A stretch of 64,000 nt of DNA from Myxococcota bacterium (GTDB lineage: Bacteria > Myxococcota_A > Bradymonadia > UBA4248 > JAVFAO01). Position numbers and translations under genes: made by a program. The notes under the pieces were generated by a model. The model searched no databases. It was not told the DNA's origin and saw only the letters and a list, made by a program, of their open reading frames with translations. Location: contig JAVFAO010000002.1 of the NCBI GenBank assembly GCA_034002465.1, positions 30-64,029 on the forward strand, read 5' to 3'. Below, one piece after another: positions 26,278-35,492 of the stretch (position 1 is the first letter of the stretch; the number at the start of each line of letters is the position of its first letter).

Positions 26278-27549
26278 TCACGCCTCGCCTTCAGGCTCAG
26301 CCTGCGGCGCGCCGAGCTCAGCCTCAGTCGCCTCGCCTTCGCCCGCCCCCTCTGTTGGACGAACCCGCTCCAAGCGCGAACGAGAGCTGCGCTTCTCGAG
26401 CTTCTCGGCCCGCGCGAGGCGACCCTCACTAGCGCAAGCCTCTCTGGTCTGGGACACCACCTTCTCAGCCTTCTCGGCCTTCTCGGCCTTCTCGGCCTTC
26501 TCGGCCTTCTCGGCCTTCTCGGTTGTCTCGGCCTTCTCGGGCTTCTCGGCCTTCTCGGTTGTCTCGGCCTTCTCGGCCTTCTCGGGCTTCTCGAGCTTCT
26601 CGGCCTTCTCGAGCTTCTCCAGCTTGTGAACACTCTCTGGAGCATCGAGAATCAGTGGAGAAGCGGCCCTGGGCTCCTCGCTCAAGCGCCGTTTGCTGCG
26701 CGGCAAGCGCAGACGCAGGCGTTTGAGCAGCGCCGAGTTCCCCTCCTGCTCCTGCATCAGCTTCTCGTTGAACAGCTTCTGCAGCAGATCTCGGAGCTCC
26801 TCGGTCGACAGGCGCCGCGTGAGCTCCTCCTGGAATGCGACCGAGATGATCCCTGTCTCTTCCGAGACCACCACGACCGCAGCATCGGTGCTCTCGCTCA
26901 GACCGAGTGCGGCCCGATGGCGAGTGCCCAAACTCTTGTCGAGGTGGGTGTTGGTGGTCAAGGGAAGGAATACGCCCGCCGCGGCCACCCTCCCAGAATG
27001 GATGATCACCGCGCCGTCATGGGTGGGATTGGCCTTCTGCGGTACGAAGAGGGAGACCAGCAGCTCCTTGGTCACCCGAGCATCAACCAGGATGCCATCG
27101 CTCATGTAGCTCTCGAGGCTGGCGAGTCGCTCGATGACAATGAGCGCACCGATGCGTCGCTCGGCCAAGAAAGCGCAGGCCTTGACCACGTCCTCGAGGA
27201 TGGCGCTCTGCTCGGGAACCGAGGTCGCTGCCAGCCGCCCGGAGCGCCCCACCTCGCCCAGTCCGCGCCGGATGTCCTCCTGGAAAATGATGACCAGAAT
27301 GACCACGAAAGAGGCGATGAACTTGTCGAGCAACCAATTCAAAGTGGGCAAGCCCAGGTACTCACGTTCGGAGACGACGTAGAGGATCACCAGGAAGAGC
27401 AAGCCGGCCAAGACCTGTACCGCCTTGGTGCCCTTGATCATCAGCAGCACGCGGTAGAGCACATAGAACACCAAGGCGATATCGGCCACAGCAATCAGGG
27501 CGTTTTCGCCACTGAAGACTGCAAAGGCCTGTTTCAGAACCTCGCCCAT
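26278..27549 (-). CDS. cdaA: diadenylate cyclase CdaA (DisA_N/DAC domain) with ~150-aa low-complexity EKAEK C-terminal extension
   Basis: ATG 27549 follows GAGAGGG. Three N-terminal TM helices. DAC motifs RIGALIVIE, HDGAVII, GTRHRAALGLSE, VVVVSEETG. The tail is EKLEKAEKLEKPEKAEKAETTEKAEK... Confidence 0.88.
   Translation of the reverse strand: MGEVLKQAFAVFSGENALIAVADIALVFYVLYRVLLMIKGTKAVQVLAGLLFLVILYVVSEREYLGLPTLNWLLDKFIASFVVILVIIFQEDIRRGLGEVGRSGRLAATSVPEQSAILEDVVKACAFLAERRIGALIVIERLASLESYMSDGILVDARVTKELLVSLFVPQKANPTHDGAVIIHSGRVAAAGVFLPLTTNTHLDKSLGTRHRAALGLSESTDAAVVVVSEETGIISVAFQEELTRRLSTEELRDLLQKLFNEKLMQEQEGNSALLKRLRLRLPRSKRRLSEEPRAASPLILDAPESVHKLEKLEKAEKLEKPEKAEKAETTEKAEKPEKAETTEKAEKAEKAEKAEKAEKAEKVVSQTREACASEGRLARAEKLEKRSSRSRLERVRPTEGAGEGEATEAELGAPQAEPEGEA
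26461..26630. repeat. coding 9-nt tandem repeat (CTTCTCGGC-like, about 19 units)
   Basis: cttctcagc cttctcggc cttctcggc ... cttctcgag cttctccag. Encodes the (E/P)KAEK tail of CdaA. Confidence 0.9.
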
Positions 27550-28670
27550 GACCCTCTCTCGCTCTGCTCGCTCACTGCGCTCGACAGCAGGAGCGCGTCC
27601 CTCGCCCCCGCTACATCGTGTACCCGTAACACCGAAGCGCCAGAGAGCAACGCCGCCGTGACCGCAGCGCAGCTCGCAGCGTCCCGATGCTGAACCTCCC
27701 GCCCCGTCAGCTCGCCGAGAAAGCGCTTGCGACTCGGCCCAATGAGCACACCGCGCCCAAGACAAGCAAAGTGCCGTGAGCCCACCAACAATGCCGTGTT
27801 CTGTCGCATGTCCTTGCCGAAGCCCAGACCCGGATCAATCAGGATGCGGCGCAAATCCACGCCAGCAGAGTACGCTCGCAGGAGCGCCGACTCAAGGTAT
27901 TCGATGAGCTCCCCAAAGAGATCGGCGTAGTGCGTGTCCCTCTGCATGGTCTGAGGCTGGCCACGCATATGCATCGCAACCCACGAAGCGCGGCGTTCTG
28001 CGACGAGCGGCAGCATCTCAGGATCAGCACCAGCGCTGACGTCGTTGACCACCGATGCCCCCAGCTCCAGTGCACGCCGCGCCACCTCTGCCTTGCGCGT
28101 ATCCACGCTGAGCGGAACAGCATGCCGCTTGGCCAGCGCCTCGATCACCGGAAGCACACGACGACACTCTTCTTCCACGTCCACAGCGTCCGCGCCAGGT
28201 CGCGTCGACTCCCCACCCACGTCCAAGACCTGCGCGCCCTCCTCAATCAATCGCTGCGCATGCGCCAAGGCCGCGTCGAGATGCGTATAGCGTGCCCCAT
28301 CGCTGAACGAATCGGGGGTGCAGTTGAGAATGCCCATCAGCAAAGGAAAACGATGTTCCTGCTCCCCAATGCGCCACGACGCAGGGCGCAGTTGCTGCAG
28401 CGCCGCGCGCATCTCCTGCTCCAACGGTGAACCGCCAAGCTGGCGCCATGCCTCGGCTCGCCGCGCAAAAAGCAGGCTTCCCCCCTCCGCTACAGAGAGA
28501 GGCTGCTCCACTGGCAAAGCATTGAGCTCGGACGCGCTCAGCTCGAGGCGTTCGAACGCGTGGGGAGCGGGTATGGAAACAGCAGGAGCGAAGAAGACAG
28601 GCCAAGGCGGCAAGCTGACGCCCTGGACAATCGTTTCACGATACAGGGTGAACGCTGTACTTGTGGCCAT
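27534..28670 (-). CDS. folP: dihydropteroate synthase with ~100-aa N-terminal extension
   Basis: MGILNCTPDSFSDG, VLDVGGESTRPGA, SVDT, VNDVS, GLGFGK. ATG 28670 (after GAGGGA) lies 29 nt after the ftsH stop. The alternative ATG 28412 would give a canonical-length protein. Confidence 0.85.
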   Translation of the reverse strand: MATSTAFTLYRETIVQGVSLPPWPVFFAPAVSIPAPHAFERLELSASELNALPVEQPLSVAEGGSLLFARRAEAWRQLGGSPLEQEMRAALQQLRPASWRIGEQEHRFPLLMGILNCTPDSFSDGARYTHLDAALAHAQRLIEEGAQVLDVGGESTRPGADAVDVEEECRRVLPVIEALAKRHAVPLSVDTRKAEVARRALELGASVVNDVSAGADPEMLPLVAERRASWVAMHMRGQPQTMQRDTHYADLFGELIEYLESALLRAYSAGVDLRRILIDPGLGFGKDMRQNTALLVGSRHFACLGRGVLIGPSRKRFLGELTGREVQHRDAASCAAVTAALLSGASVLRVHDVAGARDALLLSSAVSEQSERGSWARF

Positions 28671-28698
28671 TCCCTCGCTCTCGCCGCGGCATCGCTCC

Positions 28699-30666
28699 CT
28701 AGGACTCTGGAACCTTTGAGGGCACCAGCTCGATGGGAGGGGCGTCCGACTTCGACCCGCGCCGACCTTTGAGCTTCGAAGAGAAGGCCGCTTTCGGCAA
28801 GCGGGCCTTGGCCTCGGCACGGCGCTTTTCGAGATGCGTGCGCAGTGACTCGGGCCCCTGCTCGATGAGCACATCGAGTTGTTCGCCGTCCAAGACCTCG
28901 TACTCGAGCAAGGCTTCCGCGGTCAGCTTGAGGAGGTCCAGATTGTCCTCGAGCAAGGTCTTGCAGAGATCGTATTGCTCAACCACGATGCGACGGATCT
29001 CGCCATCGATGAGCTGCGCCGTCTGTTCGGAGTAGTCTTTGGGCTGTGCCATGTCCCGGCCGATGAAGGGTTGATCATCGTGCCGCCCCACCGCGATGGG
29101 GCCCATCGCCGGGCTCATCCCCCACTCACGGACCATCTTGCGCGCGATCCCCGTGGCCTGCTCGAGGTCGTTGCCAGCTCCAGTGGTCACCTCGTTGAAA
29201 ATGATTTCCTCTGCAGCGCGACCAGCAAGCGCAATGGTGATGCGGTTGAGAGCCCACTGCTTGGTCACGTTGAGGCGGTCTTCATCGGGCAATTGCTGCA
29301 CCAATCCCAGCGCGCGGCCGCGCGGGATGATGGTGACCTTGTGAACCTGGTCGACCTCGCCGGATGGCAGCAACTTGGCCACCAACGCGTGGCCCGCTTC
29401 GTGGAATGCAGTCAGGCGCTTGTCCTTTTCACTGATGAACATGCTACGCCGCTCGCGCCCCATCAGCACCTTGTCCTTGGCCTCCTCGAAGTCTTCGTTT
29501 TCGAGACGATCGGCACCACGCTGTGCCGCGATGAGCGCCGCTTCGTTGACCAAGTTCTCAAGGTCGGCCCCGGAGAAGCCAGGCGTGCCTCTGGCGATGC
29601 TCTCGAGGTCGACATCCTGCGCCAAAGGCGTCTTGCGGGTGTGCACCTTCAGAATGCCAACACGGCCCCGCACATCGGGGTTGGGAACGACCACCCGGCG
29701 ATCGAAACGACCGGGACGCAGCAAAGCCGGGTCGAGAACGTCCGGACGGTTGGTCGCCGCCACCAAGATGACCCCCTCGTTGGACTCGAAGCCATCCATC
29801 TCGACGAGCAGCTGATTCAAGGTCTGCTCACGCTCGTCATGGCCACCCCCGAGCCCGGCGCCGCGATAGCGCCCGACCGCATCGATTTCATCGATGAAGA
29901 TGATACATGGCGCCGTCTTCTTGCCCTGCTCGAAGAGGTCACGCACGCGGCTTGCGCCCACACCGACGAACATCTCCACGAAGTCGGAGCCAGAAATCGA
30001 GAAGAACGGCACGCCTGCTTCGCCCGCCACACCTCGGGCGAGCAAAGTCTTGCCCGTACCAGGTCCACCCATCAGCAGCACACCCTTCGGGATGCGCCCT
30101 CCCAAGCGGGTAAACTTCTTCGGATCTTTCAGGAACTCAACGATCTCGTAGAGCTCGGACTTGGCCTCTTCAATGCCTGCAATGTCCTCGAAAGTGACCT
30201 TGTTGTCATGCTCGCTGACAATGCGCGCCTTGCTCTTGCCGAAGCTCATGGCCTTGCCACCACCCGACTGCAGCTGACGCATGAAAAAGAAGAAGAGCAG
30301 GAAGAGGAAGAGCATCGGCAGCCAGTAGATAATGATACCCTGCCACCAACCACCGCTGTCTTCAGGCTGAAAGTCGTAGACCACAGCACGCTCGTCGAGC
30401 AGATCCCGGGTGTCCGCGTCGACGGTGCCGTAGCTCTCGAACTCATCCTTGCTGAACTCGCGCTTCCCCTCCTCGTTGAAGGTACCCCGCAGCTCCATGC
30501 CTTTGACTTCGACCGTCTCGACCTGTCCGCTGCGAACCGCCTCGAGGAACTCGCTGTACTTGATCTTCTCTGCATTGCTCGAAGGGGTGACCATAATCTG
30601 GTAGATCAGCACCAGAATCAGGACGAACACCACCCAGAGCAAGATCGTCTTGTGACCACTTTTCAC
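28699..30666 (-). CDS. ftsH: ATP-dependent zinc metalloprotease FtsH
   Basis: GTG 30666 follows GGAGA and gives (M)[58 protein letters not shown] zinc site. Confidence 0.95.
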   Translation of the reverse strand: MKSGHKTILLWVVFVLILVLIYQIMVTPSSNAEKIKYSEFLEAVRSGQVETVEVKGMELRGTFNEEGKREFSKDEFESYGTVDADTRDLLDERAVVYDFQPEDSGGWWQGIIIYWLPMLFLFLLFFFFMRQLQSGGGKAMSFGKSKARIVSEHDNKVTFEDIAGIEEAKSELYEIVEFLKDPKKFTRLGGRIPKGVLLMGGPGTGKTLLARGVAGEAGVPFFSISGSDFVEMFVGVGASRVRDLFEQGKKTAPCIIFIDEIDAVGRYRGAGLGGGHDEREQTLNQLLVEMDGFESNEGVILVAATNRPDVLDPALLRPGRFDRRVVVPNPDVRGRVGILKVHTRKTPLAQDVDLESIARGTPGFSGADLENLVNEAALIAAQRGADRLENEDFEEAKDKVLMGRERRSMFISEKDKRLTAFHEAGHALVAKLLPSGEVDQVHKVTIIPRGRALGLVQQLPDEDRLNVTKQWALNRITIALAGRAAEEIIFNEVTTGAGNDLEQATGIARKMVREWGMSPAMGPIAVGRHDDQPFIGRDMAQPKDYSEQTAQLIDGEIRRIVVEQYDLCKTLLEDNLDLLKLTAEALLEYEVLDGEQLDVLIEQGPESLRTHLEKRRAEAKARLPKAAFSSKLKGRRGSKSDAPPIELVPSKVPES

Positions 30667-30731
30667 ATCGTTCTCCGTTCGCGGTCCAGCTTTCCAGGGC
30701 CGAAGCCGGACACCACCCGCACCCACGCCGT

Positions 30732-32189
30732 CTATGGTAAGACCGCCTTGCCTCGCGCCAAGGGCGAATTGTGCGCTTCCTGGCCCGGAACTCGCCCGGG
30801 TGTCGCATACCATGGAAGACTGAGCAGCTCAATACGCATTCCTGCCTCGTCGGCGTTGGGGCGGCGCGCCCGAGCATCCCGGGCATCTGCCAGGACCCAG
30901 AGTGGCCCGTGCCGATCACACAGGACCGGATGTCCTGGCCGCCAAGCCTCAGGGACGCCGCGCCGCTGCAACAGCGCCTCAGCAGCCTCGGGCTGCGTAT
31001 GGCCCACCCCGAGCAGCGCTCCCGCTGCCTGGGCAGGGAGGAGACGCAGCTCTCCAAGATCCCTACAAAGATGCAGAGATTTCAATGTGTTGGGTGGCGC
31101 TTCAGCGCCCTCCACCAGGCTCGCCTCGAGCACGAAGCCCCGCCATTCGTGCTGCTCTCCAGGACGCAACACCACCGGCTCAGGGCTCGGGGGCTCGCCC
31201 CGCTGCAGCGGGGCGAGTCGCCAAAAGCGCCCGTCTCGCTGAGCGCGCAGCAGACCGTTCTGCCAGCCACCGCGCTGACCAAGAAAGACCTCGCAGACCG
31301 CGCTCACCGAACGCTCGTCGAGCAGCAGCCCCGGACACAAGCGCCACGCAACGCGACGAAGCAAGCGAATCAAGAGCCGCCCCGAAATCGTGCACACCTG
31401 CTCCAGCGGAAGATAGGCCGCAGGCTCCTCAGTGAAGGTGAAGACCCGGAGCTGCTCCTCGAGCAGCGCCCCGAGCAGCGCCGCATCCTCCCGCAACAGA
31501 CGCAGCGAACGCAGCAACGCCCGCTGCTCACCCTCGCCGAGTAGCTCGAGCCAAACCGGGATGACCCTCTGGCGCAAGCGATTGCGCGGATGGCGCAGCT
31601 CATGGTTGCTCGGATCCTCGACGTGCAACAGCGGCGCCTGAGCTTGTGCTTGCTCCAAGCGCGAACGATAGAGCTGCAGCATCGGGCGGACGAGCCGCAG
31701 CCCCGACGGCAACACCCGCAGCGCTTGCATGCCGGCTATCCCTTCCAAGGCAGCGCCACGCTGCAACCGCATCAGCAGGGTTTCGAGCGCGTCGTTGGCG
31801 TGGTGTGCCACCGCCACCGCGCCCACCCCAGCGCGCAGCGCCTCCCGTTCGAGGGCAGCGTAGCGTGCCTCACGCGCCCAAGCCTCGACGCCGCTCGCCG
31901 TCTTCTCCTCGGGCTTCAAGGTGCTGAGCACGAAGTCAATGCCCAAGCGTTCGGCATGCTCCCTTGCCAGCAGCGCATCTTTCTCATCGTCCCGCAAGCC
32001 ATGACGCACATGATGAGCACGCAACACCCAAGCATGCTTGGGCGCAAGGCGAGCGAGCAGGTGCAACAACGCCACCGAGTCGAGGCCCCCAGAGAGGGCG
32101 ACATCCACCCGCTCTCCGGGCTTCAGCAATTGCTGCCCGAGCACCGCGTCTTCCAACTCGAGCTCGAGCTGCGACCACAACGTGCTCAT
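30732..32189 (-). CDS. tilS: tRNA(Ile)-lysidine synthetase
   Basis: ATG 32189 gives MSTLWSQLE...ERVDVALSGGLDSVALLHLL (PP-loop SGGxDS). HHANDALET. Located upstream of ftsH, as in many bacteria. Confidence 0.85.
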   Translation of the reverse strand: MSTLWSQLELELEDAVLGQQLLKPGERVDVALSGGLDSVALLHLLARLAPKHAWVLRAHHVRHGLRDDEKDALLAREHAERLGIDFVLSTLKPEEKTASGVEAWAREARYAALEREALRAGVGAVAVAHHANDALETLLMRLQRGAALEGIAGMQALRVLPSGLRLVRPMLQLYRSRLEQAQAQAPLLHVEDPSNHELRHPRNRLRQRVIPVWLELLGEGEQRALLRSLRLLREDAALLGALLEEQLRVFTFTEEPAAYLPLEQVCTISGRLLIRLLRRVAWRLCPGLLLDERSVSAVCEVFLGQRGGWQNGLLRAQRDGRFWRLAPLQRGEPPSPEPVVLRPGEQHEWRGFVLEASLVEGAEAPPNTLKSLHLCRDLGELRLLPAQAAGALLGVGHTQPEAAEALLQRRGVPEAWRPGHPVLCDRHGPLWVLADARDARARRPNADEAGMRIELLSLPWYATPGRVPGQEAHNSPLARGKAVLP

Positions 32190-32283
32190 CGAAATCGCTC
32201 TGACCAAGTTGGGGCTTCTGCAAGGCGCGCGTCGAACGTAGGCCTGCGCTGCCCTTCGCTCAGTACTGGTGGTTTTCTCGGCG

Positions 32284-33060
32284 TCATGGGCGCGACGCGC
32301 TCCAGTCGGGCGCGCGAGCCGGGGCACGCTCTTCGGGAGCCTCCAGGAAGCTGGCGATCAGAGGCCATCCAATGGCGAGGCCCTCGCTCCCATCTCTTCG
32401 GGCGTGCAGGGCGATCAGTTCCAAATCCGCGCTGAACATGGGGTATCCATTGATGGCAGCGAGGGAGGTAGCCCACATCGTCGCCTCGCTGAGGCGCTCT
32501 GCCCGCACGCTCACCGTGGCGAGCTGCTCGTACAGAGTCTGCGGAGAAAGGAGCGCATAGCTGAGCATGGGCGTCGACTGGGAGAGCGTCATCGGTCGAA
32601 GGTCTTCGACAGGGGTCGAAGCGCGCAACAACGCAAGGTCATTGCGCTCGTCACAGCGCTCGAGCTCGAGCTGCACCCGCTGCTCTGCATCGAGCAGCTC
32701 GATGCGCTCGGCCCCAAGCAACCATGAGCAGGTGCTCAAGAACGCAGGGCCCTCGTACTCGATGGCGACCACCGCGCCGTCGTAGACCATGGCTCTCTGT
32801 TCGTAGGGCAGTGGCGGCATGTGCGCTGCTTCAGCGCGGAAGACCGCTCGTTTTGCAGCGTCTCTGAGCGCCTCGAGCTCGCGCTGCTCGACCAAGACCT
32901 TGCCCTGAACCAGCTGATGGGGGGCCGCTTCGCCCGCTTTGAGGGTTGTGAGCCCATCTTGTGCGCTGGCCACGACTGGCGACAGAGCGAGACCAACAAG
33001 GAGCAAGAGTGGTGCCCGAGAGCGAACATATGCGATCGACAACAATGCTTCTCTTCGCAT
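32284..33060 (-). CDS. secreted protein with degenerate trypsin-like (Trypsin_2) fold features
   Basis: MRREALLSIAYVRSRAPLLLLVGLALSPVVASA signal. NDLALLRAS resembles the Asp motif of S1C proteases, but the expected GxSGGP is INGYPMF (no Ser). Weak assignment. Confidence 0.5.
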   Translation of the reverse strand: MRREALLSIAYVRSRAPLLLLVGLALSPVVASAQDGLTTLKAGEAAPHQLVQGKVLVEQRELEALRDAAKRAVFRAEAAHMPPLPYEQRAMVYDGAVVAIEYEGPAFLSTCSWLLGAERIELLDAEQRVQLELERCDERNDLALLRASTPVEDLRPMTLSQSTPMLSYALLSPQTLYEQLATVSVRAERLSEATMWATSLAAINGYPMFSADLELIALHARRDGSEGLAIGWPLIASFLEAPEERAPARAPDWSASRP

Positions 33061-33217
33061 GGCAACAGGCCTGCCATCGAGTGCTCGACACCAAGGCAAA
33101 GCCATGGCTCGCCGCAACTCAGCCCGTCAGTAGACTGGCGCTGCTGCTCGAGCGAAGCAAGTTTTCACGCTCTCTGCCGAAACGCGACGCAGACCGAATG
33201 CAGGCAGGGCCAGGCCC

Positions 33218-33733
33218 CTATCCTCGGTTACAGACCAGCTTCTTGGTGCCCTCGGAGAAGAGGACATCGACTTTCTGCGGCGAGAGCTCGGCAAAAACGA
33301 TGCCCACTCCGAACTTGGGATGCACGATTTTGTCTTGGACCTTGAGGCGCGCCCGAATGTCATAGCGAGGAAGCTCGGCCTCGACCACGTTCTCGGTGAG
33401 CTTCTTCCAGGTGGCACGCGCCGCCTCGGCAGAATGCAGCTCATCCACATTCACCAGGCCCTTGGCACCGCCTCCCGAACGCGCTCTGGAGCGCGGCTCC
33501 TTGTCGAGAGAGTGCTCCTCGTTGCATTCGGAGCAGATGACGATGGGGACATCCTCATCCTCAATCAAGGTATGCTGTCGGTTGGCGTTGCAGGATGGGC
33601 ACCAAGTGACGATGTTGGTAACCTTCTCAATCTCCTCGTCGGGCAGAAATTCATCGTCTCCCTCGAAATCGAGCACGTCGTTGTCGTCGATCTCGTCGGG
33701 ATCCAGGCTAGGTTCGTCCAAGTCTTTGGCCAC
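33218..33733 (-). CDS. acidic zinc-ribbon protein with C-terminal DUF3553/tudor-like domain
   Basis: GTG 33733 is preceded by AGGAGA at 5 nt (alternative ATG 33865). Acidic N-terminus, CPSC...CSEC zinc ribbon, C-terminal VHPKFGVGIVFAELSPQKVDVLF. Confidence 0.6.
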   Translation of the reverse strand: MAKDLDEPSLDPDEIDDNDVLDFEGDDEFLPDEEIEKVTNIVTWCPSCNANRQHTLIEDEDVPIVICSECNEEHSLDKEPRSRARSGGGAKGLVNVDELHSAEAARATWKKLTENVVEAELPRYDIRARLKVQDKIVHPKFGVGIVFAELSPQKVDVLFSEGTKKLVCNRG

Positions 33734-33946
33734 GCTGATCTCCTGTCTCGATGATTGAGCCCAAGGGCTGCACACGAACACGCTCGCAGCCTCGGGTGCC
33801 GTTTCCGCTTGCCCTATAACTGCATTCGCCCAGAGCGACAAGTTTCTTGTCGCCTCCTGTGTCATTTTCCGCGGCCGCTTGGAGGCTCGACTCGTCACCT
33901 GCACATGATCATCGATGATGAGTTCGCCAACTGATACAAAAAACAA

Positions 33947-33993
33947 GGGATTCCAGAGGGCTAGCCCTTTGGCGGGGTGGGGCAGCGCCCCAC
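33947..33993 (+). repeat. REP-A copy 3
   Basis: gggattccagagggctagccctttggcggggtggggcagcgccccac. Lies in a divergent intergenic region, followed by B and C modules. Confidence 0.85.
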
Positions 33994-34018
33994 GAAGCCA
34001 AACCATGCATCCTGCCTT

Positions 34019-34063
34019 CGACTTCTTGTTGATTGGGCACTTGGCCAGTTCCCCAAGTTGTTG
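34019..34063 (-). repeat. 36-nt repeat family (B), single copy
   Basis: cgacttcttgttgattgggcacttggccagttccccaagttgttg. Confidence 0.8.
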
Positions 34064-34103
34064 CGTGCCTAGCACGCACCCTTTCGGGCCTGCTTCGCAG
34101 CGA

Positions 34104-34130
34104 TTCTTCGCCTCCTGGCTTCGACTTGTC
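34104..34130 (+). repeat. repeat module C copy 1 (TCTTCGCCTCCTGGCTTCGACTTGTC)
   Basis: Same 20+ nt motif in inverse orientation at 49901-49936. Both copies adjoin B-family sequence. Confidence 0.6.
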
Positions 34131-34206
34131 TCTTGCCCGGCTGGGAGACGCCCCTACCCTTGCGGCGGCGAACTGTGCTGGGCTCCGTCCCCGCCAAGGA
34201 GAGAAA

Positions 34207-35121
34207 ATGTCAGAACCCCACGAAATCGAAGGGCAAGTCTACTGGTCGCATGACGAAGGGCACGCCTACGGTCACTTTCACACCTATGATGCCTTTCTGC
34301 TCCCCGGCATGGCTGCCCCGCGAAAGCTGCACCTGCTCCTGCCGCGCCACGCGCCAGCGGGGGTTCGCCTGCCGGTGCTCTATTTCAACGATGGCAACAC
34401 CACTTTCTGGCCTGGTGGACTTGCCATGCAGTCCTGGAACGTGGCGCAGACCCTCTCTGAGCCCGAGCTCCTGGGCTCCCTGCCCCCCCACATCGTCGTC
34501 GCCGTTTGCCCCGTCGACCGCGATCGTGACTACACCGATGTGGAGTGGGCACCTGAACGCAGCTGCTGCGGTCTGCGCGAGTACTGTCGAGAGCTGAGCC
34601 TCATCAAGGGCTTTGTCGACAGTCATTACCCTGCGGCATCTGAGTCGCGAAAGAATACGATTGTGGGCTCCTCCCACGGTGGCACTGCCGCCTTCTTCAT
34701 CGCCACCAGGCTGCCGCAGCTCTTCGGCACAGCCGTGATGATGTCCCCGGCCTTCTGGGTCGCGACGGGCTACGACTACGCCATAGAGGGCAGCCCTTTG
34801 GCCGAAGCAGGGCTCATCCTCGAGGTGGCCGAGCTGCTTCGCAGCCCCACCCAGAGGCCACGCTTCTGGCTCGACTGGGGAATGGTGCATCATGGTGGCT
34901 TCCACAATGAAGTCATCGAACGCCTTGGTATGCTGCGCGGTCGAGAGCTGCAAGCGCTGCTGGTTCAGCACTACGGCTATCACCTCGGTCAGGACCTGTG
35001 GGTAGAAGAAGACCCTGAGGGCGCCCATGACGAAGCGTCATGGGGCCGCCGTTTTGCGCGTCTGCTGCCTGTTATCCTGGGCGTTGGCGCCTCCGAGCAA
35101 TCCCTCGACTCAGCACGCTGA
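34207..35121 (+). CDS. alpha/beta hydrolase, putative esterase family
   Basis: ATG 34207 follows AAGGAGAGAAA. PVLYFNDGN, nucleophile elbow VGSSHGG, 304 aa. Confidence 0.7.
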   Translation: MSEPHEIEGQVYWSHDEGHAYGHFHTYDAFLLPGMAAPRKLHLLLPRHAPAGVRLPVLYFNDGNTTFWPGGLAMQSWNVAQTLSEPELLGSLPPHIVVAVCPVDRDRDYTDVEWAPERSCCGLREYCRELSLIKGFVDSHYPAASESRKNTIVGSSHGGTAAFFIATRLPQLFGTAVMMSPAFWVATGYDYAIEGSPLAEAGLILEVAELLRSPTQRPRFWLDWGMVHHGGFHNEVIERLGMLRGRELQALLVQHYGYHLGQDLWVEEDPEGAHDEASWGRRFARLLPVILGVGASEQSLDSAR

Positions 35122-35492
35122 GCTGGATTTCGCCCGCAGCGGCCATCTGCTGAGCCCCCTCCCTACGTCGAGACAAGTGCAACTCGTGCCTTGCATCCGC
35201 ACGGCGGACGACTATGCTGCTCTCGGGAGACGAACGCCGACTGCTGAGCGTGATGTGGGCACGGACGAACGAGGCGCGCCGGTTTAGCCTCGACGCGTCC
35301 CCGATTCGAGGAGCAACTGCTCGAGAGCTCGCATTGCCCCTTTTGGCATCGCGCAGTCGTGCCCATGCAGAACGAACTCGCTCTCGGACGTGTATTCTCT
35401 CGCCACTACCACAATTGGGTAGCTGGCCACAGCGCGATGCCCGAACAAAGACGAAAGCCATTCAGGAACAAGACCGACGTTGAGGAGGAATC

